DNA from: Pseudobutyrivibrio sp.
Lineage (GTDB): Bacteria; Bacillota; Clostridia; Lachnospirales; Lachnospiraceae
Direction: 5' to 3'
Assembly (NCBI GenBank): GCA_024684955.1
Contig: JAIKWH010000023.1
Location: 12,624 to 76,623 of the forward strand
DNA length: 64,000 bases
Below the pieces are notes generated by a model, which was not told where the DNA came from, did not search any database, and saw only the letters and a program-made list of their open reading frames with translations. This document shows, piece after piece, positions 40,210 to 48,538 of the stretch. The translations under genes were made by a program, and so were the position numbers. Positions within the stretch are counted from its first letter, which is position 1. Each line of letters starts with the position of its first letter.

Positions 40210-41118
40210 CTACAGCACTGACTCTTCGTTTAGTCGAGATGTCATCCTGTTTGTTATAACCAGTAAGATGACTGAAACAATAGATACTCCTAGTCCAGCT
40301 GCTGTGGCATATGAGAAATCACCCTGGACAAGACCCATTCTATATACATATGAATCTATAACCTCAGCCTTTGGCTGATTTTGAGAATTCATTAAAACCA
40401 ATGTCTGGTCCAGATTTGACTTAAGCAAACTTGAAACTGTCAGGATAAAATTAATACTGATAATATTTCTCATCATAGGCAGGGTGATTGACATAATCTG
40501 TCTAAATCTGCCTGCTCCATCAATTCTTGCCGCCTCGTAGTAGGTAGGATCAATTCCAGCCATGGTAGCCAGGTAAAGGACAGTGCCCCAGCCCGCCTCT
40601 TTCCAGGTATCTGAAAGAGCAGCTATCCACCAATACTTGTCTGCGTCTAAAAGAAAGTTGGTTGGCTTTGCCCCATGGCCAAAAAACATCAAAACCTGAT
40701 TAACCATTCCTGTTGTCGAAAGCCAGTTGATAAGCATTCCCCCCAATATTATCCAAGAGAGGAAATGTGGCAGGTAGGAAATTGTCTGGGCTATTCTCTT
40801 AAACATTCCCTCGTTTAATTCATAAATCATGATGGAGAGAATGATTGGTGTGGTAAATCCAAATAAAAGTTTTAAAAAGCTAATGCCCAAAGTGTTTACC
40901 ACTGATTCCCAAAAATACTTATCCTGTAAAATAATCTTGAAATTCTGCATTCCAACCCAAGGTGCAGTTTCGATTGTGTCCACCACTGTGTAATATTTGA
41001 ATGCTATACTCAGTCCATAAATCGGATAGTAAGAAAAAATCAACATAAATATAATGCCCGGCAAAACCATAGCCTGAAGTGGCAACTGTTTACGAAATTC
41101 TTTAAAGTATAAACCCAT
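40210..41118 (-). CDS. ABC permease (LplB-like)
   Basis: QTISYLPHFLSW, IDPTYYEAARIDGA, VIDSYVY, FSYATAAG. Confidence 0.93.
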   Translation of the reverse strand: MGLYFKEFRKQLPLQAMVLPGIIFMLIFSYYPIYGLSIAFKYYTVVDTIETAPWVGMQNFKIILQDKYFWESVVNTLGISFLKLLFGFTTPIILSIMIYELNEGMFKRIAQTISYLPHFLSWIILGGMLINWLSTTGMVNQVLMFFGHGAKPTNFLLDADKYWWIAALSDTWKEAGWGTVLYLATMAGIDPTYYEAARIDGAGRFRQIMSITLPMMRNIISINFILTVSSLLKSNLDQTLVLMNSQNQPKAEVIDSYVYRMGLVQGDFSYATAAGLGVSIVSVILLVITNRMTSRLNEESVL

Positions 41119-41283
41119 TAATTACCCTCCCAAAACATTTGATGAATTAATCCTAACATCCTAAAAGAGATACTCACAGAGTTTATCTTGTCTTGTAATA
41201 GGTCAATATTGTCTTTTTTTATTATTTACAATAAGATTTACTGGCCTTATAATTTAAGAATAGAAATTGGAGGGAATATTGTC

Positions 41284-42153
41284 ATGGAAGAAATAGAGAG
41301 CATAACCACCGGTACGTATCATGAAAATGACCGAATAACTGACGGATTAGACATATTTTTTTGGGTATTTGACGATGAAAGAAGCTATGTATCTACCCAC
41401 TGGCACTCAGCCATAGAGGTCATGTACATAATGGATGGACAGGTTAATATTGCTATCGATGGAAAGACCACTACATTAGTTAAAGATGACATCTTTCTAG
41501 TGGATTCTGCAGTGGCCCACTCCACAAAATCTTTGCATGGAAATTATGCAGTCCTTATCCAATTCCCATACCCTCTTTTAAAGCGATACATACCGGATAT
41601 CGATAGCCTACGCTTTTCCTTTGACTGCCATTCTGGAGACCCAGAGGAGATGAGAAAGCAGGAGGAATTAAAAAAGATTACCAAGAAAATGAAAAAGGTA
41701 TTCGAGACCAATCCTGATATGGGCATCCTAAAATTTAACAGCCTGGTTTTTGAGTTTCTCTATGTAATGCACAAGAACTTCGCCCGCCAGATGCCTGCTG
41801 CCGAGGGCAAAAAAGAAGAAAAGACCTTTAAGAGAATCACCCAGGTCTTAGACTACCTGGAAAAAAACTATAACAAGCAAATCTCCTTAGAGGAGATTGC
41901 CTCCGTTGCCTGCTTTCAGAAAGAGTACTTTTGTCATTTTTTCAAAAAAAATATGGGCATATCCTACAGCAAGTACCTAAACGAGCTGAGAATATCCCAC
42001 ATTTATAAAGACCTATCGGAGACTAACATCCCCCTAAAAGACCTGCTGGAAATCCATGGTTTCACCAACTACAAACTCTTTCGCTCAATGTTTTACGAGG
42101 AATTCCACACCACACCTGGGGAATATAGAAAAAAGTTGCAAGAAAATAATTAA
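41284..42153 (+). CDS. AraC-family regulator, divergent from the GH30/ABC operon
   Basis: Cupin HWHSAIE; HTH YFCHFFKKNMG...HGFTNYKLF...TPGEYRK; ATG at 41284 behind a GGAGG RBS. Confidence 0.9.
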   Translation: MEEIESITTGTYHENDRITDGLDIFFWVFDDERSYVSTHWHSAIEVMYIMDGQVNIAIDGKTTTLVKDDIFLVDSAVAHSTKSLHGNYAVLIQFPYPLLKRYIPDIDSLRFSFDCHSGDPEEMRKQEELKKITKKMKKVFETNPDMGILKFNSLVFEFLYVMHKNFARQMPAAEGKKEEKTFKRITQVLDYLEKNYNKQISLEEIASVACFQKEYFCHFFKKNMGISYSKYLNELRISHIYKDLSETNIPLKDLLEIHGFTNYKLFRSMFYEEFHTTPGEYRKKLQENN

Positions 42154-42158
42154 AGATT

Positions 42159-42713
42159 TTATGTTTCAAGAATCTGATATTCCAACACATCATCCTTTTT
42201 GATCTGCCAGAATGTTGCCTGGACATATTGGGCCCTGCTTATGTCAAATACATGGGTCCAGGATTCTTTTAGTTCCTTGGCATATTGGGCAGGCTCTAGG
42301 GTGTCCAGTCTGTCTAATTCTTTTTCCCCATCCTCCTCGGAGAGACTAGGGTCAATTATCATTCCGTTCATCATAACAATCTGCCAAAGGTCAAAATCTG
42401 TCAGCACAAATCTGTCCTGGGATATATCCAAGGTCAAGAGAACTTTTTTCTCATTCCGCTTTAAAAACGCAGAACTGTTAGGATCAGGGCATACCCTTTC
42501 TCCCTTCCATGTATGCCAGGCCCAAATCGGATAAGAAACTCCCTCCGGTCTAGGTCCTATCCTGGACTCCATCTGGTCTATGAGCCAGCCATAATAGGGC
42601 TTTAAAGAATCTGATTTTTTTAAATTAAAGGACCTGTCCGGGTCGCAGGCCACCAGTCCCTTTTCATTTAATTCCTCAAACATGGAGAATGGCTGTATTG
42701 TCCAAATCTTCAT
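42159..42713 (-). CDS. DUF3841-like protein
   Basis: MKIWTIQ, YGWLIDQM, YPIWAW, LTDFDLW, VQATFWQIKKDDV. Confidence 0.75.
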   Translation of the reverse strand: MKIWTIQPFSMFEELNEKGLVACDPDRSFNLKKSDSLKPYYGWLIDQMESRIGPRPEGVSYPIWAWHTWKGERVCPDPNSSAFLKRNEKKVLLTLDISQDRFVLTDFDLWQIVMMNGMIIDPSLSEEDGEKELDRLDTLEPAQYAKELKESWTHVFDISRAQYVQATFWQIKKDDVLEYQILET

Positions 42714-42730
42714 TTATATTTCCTCTTGTT

Positions 42731-43564
42731 TTATATTTCAATAATCTTTCCAGTAGCTAGAGGCTCAACAATTCCTGGCAACCTCTTTTCTAATTCTGCC
42801 AGGCCTGGCAGGCCAGTGCAATGTCCTGTAAAAACATGCATTACATTCTCTGCCTTAATTTTGTCAGCCAACTCATCTAACTGGTCAGATGAGAATGTGC
42901 AGGTATCAATGCCATTCTTTCTGCCCTTCATATGGAGGCCACCAAAATAGGCATAAACATTTTTGCCAAAAGCCCTTTTTGCCTCGTCGATAATAGCCCC
43001 GGCTCCACTGTGGGAACAAGAATTAAAAACCACTAGCCCCTGGCTGGTTTCAATTACAAGACTTTGCTCATGAGAAAAATCATCCAGGATGAATTCTCCA
43101 TTTACCTTGCGATACAAGCCTGCTTTTTCAGCAATAGCAGTCAAGTCTGGGGTGGAATGTGGCAAGAGATAAACACCATCATCAATAGGGGTAAGACCCC
43201 TGGCCATCTTGAATCGGCCCTCCATGCGCAGGACATTTTCTGGCACACCTATATAGTGCATACCGCCCTTTGAGGAATAAAATTCTCCATCCATCCCCAT
43301 ATGAGCATAGCATTTTGCATGCTTGTTAATCTCAAAAAACTTTTCAAATCCCCCTGAATGATCATAGTGGCCATGGGAAAGTACTGCATAATCTACCTGG
43401 TCCAAATCGATGCCAAGTTTTTGGGCATTTTTAGCAAACAAATCAGTGCTTCCTGCATCAAGCAAAATCTTTCTATCATGGTGCTGTATAAACAGACTCA
43501 ATCCATGCTCGGCTTCAAAGTTGTCATTAATCGCCGTGTTTTCCACTAAAACTGTAATCTTCAT
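42731..43564 (-). CDS. MBL-fold metallo-hydrolase
   Basis: EHGLS, LLDAG, SHGHYDHSGG, HEQSL, SCSHSG, GGLH, GHCTG. Confidence 0.9.
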   Translation of the reverse strand: MKITVLVENTAINDNFEAEHGLSLFIQHHDRKILLDAGSTDLFAKNAQKLGIDLDQVDYAVLSHGHYDHSGGFEKFFEINKHAKCYAHMGMDGEFYSSKGGMHYIGVPENVLRMEGRFKMARGLTPIDDGVYLLPHSTPDLTAIAEKAGLYRKVNGEFILDDFSHEQSLVIETSQGLVVFNSCSHSGAGAIIDEAKRAFGKNVYAYFGGLHMKGRKNGIDTCTFSSDQLDELADKIKAENVMHVFTGHCTGLPGLAELEKRLPGIVEPLATGKIIEI

Positions 43565-43819
43565 ACTCTGCCCGCCTTCTAATTTTTAACTGAATACAAT
43601 CCTAAATGAATAACCTGAATACTACTGAGATTTTAGATATATTTTTTATTTGAATTATTATATCACTTAATTAAGGGTTTTCTGTTAAAAGAGCGATTTT
43701 TATAACAAAAAAACAGAGGTCTTACAATAGTCTAGCAAGCCGATGATACCTGCTATTTTTCATAAAACCTCTGGTCTTTTTGGTGAATTCAAATTTTTAT
43801 TGTTTTGTGGAAGACACTC

Positions 43820-44755
43820 CTAGTCGTTGAAAAGTGGTGTAGATAAATACCTGTCTCCTGAATCTGGCAACAGGGCAACAATTACCTTACCCTTGTTTTC
43901 TGGACGCTTTGCAAGAATCTCTGCTGCCTTTAAAGCAGCCCCTGATGAAATACCAACCAGGACTCCCTCTGCGCTGGCAAAATCTCTGCCCTCTGTAAAT
44001 GCATCCTCATTCTCAATAGGGATGATTTCATCATAAACAGATGTATTGAGAACATCAGGAATAAATCCTGCACCAATACCCTGAATCTTGTGAGGGCCTG
44101 CCTGGCCTGTAGAAAGCACTGCAGATGTGGCTGGCTCAACAGCAACAATCTTTACATTAGGATTCTTTGACTTGAGATATTCCCCAATGCCAGTGATTGT
44201 TCCCCCTGTACCAACGCCGGCTACAAAGATGTCTACCTTGCCATCTGTCTGCTCCCAAATCTCAGGACCTGTGGTCTGTCTATGAGCCTTTGGATTTGCT
44301 GGGTTAACAAACTGGCCTAAGATAACAGCACCGTCTATTTCATTTTTGAGTTCCTCTGCCTTTGCAATGGCACCCTTCATTCCCTTAGCGCCTTCTGTAA
44401 GTACCAGTTCTGCGCCATATGCCTTTAAAAGTGTACGTCTCTCAACACTCATTGTATCAGGCAGTGTAAGGATTGCTCTGTATCCCTTTGCTGCTGCAAC
44501 AGATGCAAGTCCGATTCCTGTGTTACCACTGGTTGGCTCGATAATTGTTGCTCCTGGCTTGAGGATTCCCTGCTCCTCAGCGTCCTCGATCATTGCCAGT
44601 GCTACACGGTCCTTAACAGATCCTGCTGGATTGAGATACTCTAACTTTGCAAGAACAGTTGCATCTACTATGCCCTTCTTTTTTGAATATCCGTTTAACT
44701 GTAATATAGGTGTCTTTCCGATTAATTCTGATGCGCTCTGTTTAATATCGCTCAT
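43820..44755 (-). CDS. cysK: Cysteine synthase A
   Basis: NPAGSVKDR (PLP lysine), [37 protein letters not shown]. Confidence 0.96.
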   Translation of the reverse strand: MSDIKQSASELIGKTPILQLNGYSKKKGIVDATVLAKLEYLNPAGSVKDRVALAMIEDAEEQGILKPGATIIEPTSGNTGIGLASVAAAKGYRAILTLPDTMSVERRTLLKAYGAELVLTEGAKGMKGAIAKAEELKNEIDGAVILGQFVNPANPKAHRQTTGPEIWEQTDGKVDIFVAGVGTGGTITGIGEYLKSKNPNVKIVAVEPATSAVLSTGQAGPHKIQGIGAGFIPDVLNTSVYDEIIPIENEDAFTEGRDFASAEGVLVGISSGAALKAAEILAKRPENKGKVIVALLPDSGDRYLSTPLFND

Positions 44756-44854
44756 GTCTTTATCCTCCCTTTTGTCTTTTATGTGATTACGTTATCTCTT
44801 TGATTGAACATATATTATCACTATATTTCTTATTTGAAAAACAAATAAAAGTTA

Positions 44855-44880
44855 TTATCTGTGATAAGCCTGACTTATCA
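44855..44880 (-). promoter_or_regulatory. CYS-box-like LysR (CmbR/CysR) operator upstream of cysK
   Basis: Minus strand reads TGATA-AGTCAGGCT-TATCA-CAGATA, fitting TGATA-N9-TATCA plus a following GATA half-site. Confidence 0.7.
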
Positions 44881-45040
44881 CTCTTGGTATTTTAGCAGCT
44901 CCTCAATGTATGTTTGTTATAGAATATCCATTTAGGCTGGCCATCAGTTCTGCTGTGGCATCCCTATCATTTGATTTGATCAGTTTTTCAAAGTCATAAT
45001 TGCCCAGGGCTTCCTTGCCCCTTCTCGTATACCAGTTTGA
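44878..45040 (-). pseudogene. Remnant of the C-terminus of a LysR-family regulator
   Basis: Minus strand encodes EALGNYDFEKLIKSNDRDATAELMASLNGYSIT, then in another frame TYIEELLKYQE*. This resembles the NDRAT..L...LNGY and YIEEL segments of clostridial MtaR/CmbR-like LysR proteins. No HTH or start codon. Confidence 0.6.
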
Positions 45041-45144
45041 GATTATTTTTGCGTGTCACCTACCCACTAGGTTACTATGTTTTAGATTGTAAACTATGCC
45101 ACGGGTTTTGGAAAATAGTAGTATGTTATTTCTAGTTATAAATA

Positions 45145-45170
45145 GGGCTTATAGCAAAAACTATAAGCCC
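45145..45170. promoter_or_regulatory. Perfect 10-bp inverted repeat (MET-box-like operator, or terminator of the marR-HD operon)
   Basis: GGGCTTATAG-CAAAAA-CTATAAGCCC. Confidence 0.45.
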
Positions 45171-45212
45171 TTATGACAAATTATTATTTACTCTGTTCTC
45201 GGCCTAATACTA

Positions 45213-45474
45213 ATTCTCGGCTGCCTCCGGCAGATAATCGACAGTGTCCTCTATAGTTTTTCTGCCTCCGGCATTTTACAACTGGCCTTTTGCGGCTTTA
45301 TCATCCGCCTCCGGCAGATAATTCTCCTTGACTATCACGTTTTATCTGCCCCGCGCTCCTGCCCAAAACATATTCTCGGCTATCCGGCAGATAATCGACG
45401 GTGTCCTCTATAGTTTTTCTGCCTCCGGCCTTTTATAGTTGGCCTTTTGCAGCTTTATCATCCGCCTCCAGCAG
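45213..45474. repeat. Dyad cluster 1: about 104-bp direct duplication built from GGCAGATAA-N20-TTWTCTGCC units
   Basis: Copies at 45213-45317 and 45372-45474; dyads at 45229-45266, 45313-45350 and 45386-45423, with degenerate ones at 45270-45309 and 45427-45466. Confidence 0.85.
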
Positions 45475-46020
45475 TTTTTGAATTGTGTCTCTACGGATTT
45501 CCTCTCTCAATCCTGTCATGAAATCTGAGAACCCAACTCTGTCGTCTGCATATGTTAAATTAAAAGATTTTTCATGCTCGGTCCATGTAGATAGGTCCGA
45601 GAAATTATGCTGAATTAAAGCCTCTTGACTATCTATGGCCTTATATATTTTGGCCTCAAGAGTTTTCCTCTCCTCCATCTCCTGATAGAGTGCTCGCATC
45701 TCCTCGGCCTTCTTTTCAGGGAGAGAATCCACCCACTCAGAAAGAAGATTTAACTCGATATCCTCATGCTGCTGATTCTTCGCAAAGGTAGGAATATCCC
45801 CAGTAAAACATTCTCCCAAATCATGGATGATACACATTTGGATGACCTTATTCATATCTGCTTCAGGGAATTCGTCCTTTATCATAAACGCAATCAAAGT
45901 CATCATCCATGTGTGCTCTGCCACACTTTCATGGCGGCCCTTTTCAGTATAGCAATGCCTTGTTGTATCCTTTAGCCTAACTGCAACCTCTAAAGCATCT
46001 AACAATTCTCTTGGTTCCAT
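45433..46020 (-). CDS. HD-domain hydrolase (YfbR/5'-deoxynucleotidase-like)
   Basis: LKDTTRH, ESVAEHTW, IIHDLGECFTGDIP, EAKIYKAID. Confidence 0.88.
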   Translation of the reverse strand: MEPRELLDALEVAVRLKDTTRHCYTEKGRHESVAEHTWMMTLIAFMIKDEFPEADMNKVIQMCIIHDLGECFTGDIPTFAKNQQHEDIELNLLSEWVDSLPEKKAEEMRALYQEMEERKTLEAKIYKAIDSQEALIQHNFSDLSTWTEHEKSFNLTYADDRVGFSDFMTGLREEIRRDTIQKLLEADDKAAKGQL

Positions 46021-46490
46021 TATTGCCCCTCCCTTTGTGTTTCTTCTAGTTCTTCAACCCATTCATTCAGATATTCATTATATGAATTCATAAAGTCAGT
46101 TATAAAATCCAACTCTTTTTTAGAGTACCGGCTCAAAAAGTCCATATCTTTATCCTCCCATATGTTATGCCGATACTCATGGAGCTTGTATATCTCTTTT
46201 CCTTTGCCTGTCAGTTTATAGAAAATCTTTTGCTTATTGTCATTCGCTTGAAAGGATTCAATATAATTTTCAAGTTGTAATTTTTTAATAATCTTGCTAA
46301 TTGCTCCCTTTGTCATAGACAATTTATCTGCTATTACTGTGACATTGGGCATATCTAAATCCCCTATTGCCACAATCGTATGGACCTCAGAATATCCCAA
46401 ACCCTTTAGTTTAGGATTCTCTAATAGTCTGTCTAAAATTTCATGTTTTTCTAACCATTCTCCAAATGGTCTAAGGATACTTTTATCCAT
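46020..46490 (-). CDS. MarR-family transcriptional regulator
   Basis: SEVHTIVAIG, NVTVIADKLSMTKGAISKIIKKL, KIFYKLTGKG; start MDKSI behind an AGGGGG RBS; stop overlaps the start of the HD gene. Confidence 0.88.
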   Translation of the reverse strand: MDKSILRPFGEWLEKHEILDRLLENPKLKGLGYSEVHTIVAIGDLDMPNVTVIADKLSMTKGAISKIIKKLQLENYIESFQANDNKQKIFYKLTGKGKEIYKLHEYRHNIWEDKDMDFLSRYSKKELDFITDFMNSYNEYLNEWVEELEETQREGQ

Positions 46491-46612
46491 TTTCCCCCTT
46501 TGTAACAAAATCAACACTTAGAATATGTAACTTGCTTTATTTGCTATATAAATTGATATTATAAAAACAAGGGTAATCATATAATTCAATTTGATTCTTT
46601 AATTAAGATAGC

Positions 46613-46642
46613 AAAAACTTGTTTCCTTGTAAACTAGTTTTT
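46613..46642. promoter_or_regulatory. Candidate MarR operator (imperfect palindrome)
   Basis: AAAAACTTGTTTCCTTGTAAACTAGTTTTT, about 120 bp upstream of the marR start. Confidence 0.5.
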
Positions 46643-46671
46643 GTTTCTCTATTACAGACCATAAACCCCAT

Positions 46672-46843
46672 AAGAATTGTCCATAAAAGTTGGTAAGAAT
46701 TCCACATAAAAGCCAGTAAAGATTCCACATAGAGGCCGGCAAGAATTCCACATAAAGCCAGTAAAGATTCCACATAGAGGCTGGCAAGAATTCCACATAA
46801 AGCCAGTAAAGATTCCACATAGAGGCCGGCAAGAATTCCACAT
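46672..46843. repeat. Tandem repeat with a 45-bp unit made of 22/23-bp subunits
   Basis: AAGAATTCCACAT starts at 46695, 46741, 46786 and 46831; core ATTCCACAT at 46699, 46722, 46745, 46767, 46790, 46812 and 46835. Confidence 0.95.
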
Positions 46844-46903
46844 GAATGCCTGTGCCACATCATGCGTCCTCAGTAGTAAAACACTTTCTATTGTTTAGAT
46901 TTC

Positions 46904-47698
46904 TCAAATGAATATTCCTTCAATCATCCTTCTAATTGCTGTCACATCAATTGGATTCTTTGATGTTTCAAAGGTAAAAATAAAATTGGAGCCCATTACA
47001 TATCCGCTATTTTCATAATCCCTTATTTTTTTAAATGCATTATTTCTATACTCAATGTCATCCATCATCCCAAAATGCTCCCATATTATCTCTTTTTTAT
47101 CTTTCACTCTTAATACTGTAAAATCTGGATGAGTTATAATATTTCCTTTCAACTTTACAGGCCTTTCATATAAATATGGGACCTCGTATTCTGCCAGTAA
47201 ATCAGCTAGTATTATCTCCGTTTTCGAACGAACTCTTTCTCCTTTTTTAGTATAAAACTCTGGCGCATTTTCTCTAAATGGCACCCCGGCATATTCCTGC
47301 TTATGCCATTTTAGAATATACTCTTCATCAGATATAACAGGAACTTGGATTAACACTTTTTTAGCCTCAATCATTTTTTCTGCAGTCCGCTCCCACGGCA
47401 ATTTACCACTAATCTCCTTTTCAAAATCTTTCAACTTTTGTAATTCTATTTCCACCTCTTTCTTTAGCAAATTGTTATATTCCTTTTGCGCCAATAGGGA
47501 TGCCTTTTCCATATCCTTTTGCTTAATATACTTACCTTTTAAATCTTTTTCATTCTCCCTTACAAAATATTGGAAAGAATTCCTATGCCTATAGGCTCTC
47601 AATATTCCCTTTGGTTGATGCTTTTCCTCTTTAGTTAGACGGTTTTTTAATTGTAATAATAATTCTTCGTAATCCCTTAACTCCTTAAATAACTCCAT
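46904..47698 (-). CDS. Uncharacterised PD-(D/E)XK-superfamily nuclease-like protein
   Basis: N-terminal coiled coil and basic hairpin, then TKKGERVRSKTEIILADLL...YLYERP...HPDFTV...WEHFGMMD...Y...KI..Y. Start MELFK behind an AAGGGA RBS. Confidence 0.75.
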   Translation of the reverse strand: MELFKELRDYEELLLQLKNRLTKEEKHQPKGILRAYRHRNSFQYFVRENEKDLKGKYIKQKDMEKASLLAQKEYNNLLKKEVEIELQKLKDFEKEISGKLPWERTAEKMIEAKKVLIQVPVISDEEYILKWHKQEYAGVPFRENAPEFYTKKGERVRSKTEIILADLLAEYEVPYLYERPVKLKGNIITHPDFTVLRVKDKKEIIWEHFGMMDDIEYRNNAFKKIRDYENSGYVMGSNFIFTFETSKNPIDVTAIRRMIEGIFI

Positions 47699-47732
47699 TG
47701 ATTTCCCTTTCAAACTAATACCATTTATTATT

Positions 47733-48230
47733 TGCAATAAAAACATTTAAGATTTCTTATTTTTGCTGTCACTACTTCCATTACTGATTATTCCTCCTGC
47801 TCGCCGGCAGATAATGTGGCATAATCCGTCTTGTTTTGCTGCCATATTATCTCCGCTATTACTAATTCAAATACTTCGGCAGATAATGTGGCGCATTCCG
47901 TCTTATTTTGCTGCCATATTATCTCCGCTATTACTAATTCAAATGCTTCCGGCAGATAATCTAGCATCTCCATAGGGAGTTTGCTGTTAGAACAACTCTT
48001 AGACCATATCCAATCGAAGAAAAGATCCTTCAATCGACAGCAAATATAAAATAACTAATTGTAATTATCTGCCACTATGCCCATCATAGTCTGGGTTTTA
48101 AATAATCCGGCAGATATATGCAATAGATATAGTCTATTTTCTGCCGCTAATCTTTATTTCTAAATGAAACTTGGGAAATTTACAGAAAAATAACAGATAG
48201 TGAGAACTTTTTCTGCCGCTGCCGAGAATA
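47733..48230. repeat. Dyad cluster 2: phased array (period about 72-73 bp) of 9-bp inverted-repeat dyads with variable cores
   Basis: Units start at 47733 (degenerate), 47806, 47878, 47951, 48036, 48109 and 48181; each is GGCAGATAA-like / N19-20 / TTWKCTGCC-like. Confidence 0.85.
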
Positions 48231-48473
48231 AGCAGCCAATTTATTATCTCTAAAAAATGGGCCTCTGACTTTTGTGTGTCAATAGTATCTATGCAATACA
48301 AAACCCAAGCAGACTCAAACATTATTGAATGTTTGCCTACTTTATTTATAACGTAAAAAAGAACAATAAAAATTTATGACACTATATCACGATACTCAGT
48401 TTTGGTCAATACAAAGTTGATGCCATAACAATTAATTCTATCATGTATACTGGCAGACTCTCAGATTAAAAAT

Positions 48474-48508
48474 ATAACCTCTATCTCACATCACGAGATA
48501 GAGGTTAT
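48474..48508 (-). terminator. Terminator after the GNAT gene
   Basis: ATAACCTCTATCTC/GAGATAGAGGTTAT, 14-bp stem. Confidence 0.85.
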
Positions 48509-48538
48509 TTGTGCAAAATCGAGCGTGTTCTCCCCACT

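Noticed and set aside
46672-46843. CRISPR array at the 45-bp repeat
   Set aside because: The sequences between cores are themselves repeated, so there are no unique spacers, and no cas genes are present.
46699-46843. DnaA boxes or a replication origin
   Set aside because: The cores match TTATCCACA only partially, and no dnaA or rep gene is nearby.
46599-46863. Three overlapping short ORFs (68-86 aa)
   Set aside because: They are translations of the 45-bp tandem repeat in three frames, with no RBS.
47733-48230. Canonical CRISPR array at the 72-bp periodic region
   Set aside because: There is no contiguous conserved 23-47-bp repeat; only two 9-bp arms are conserved. It is reported instead as a non-canonical array.
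47763-48322. Short ORFs at 47763-47975, 47788-48033 and 48134-48322
   Set aside because: They are by-products of the dyad array, with no convincing RBS or recognisable motifs.
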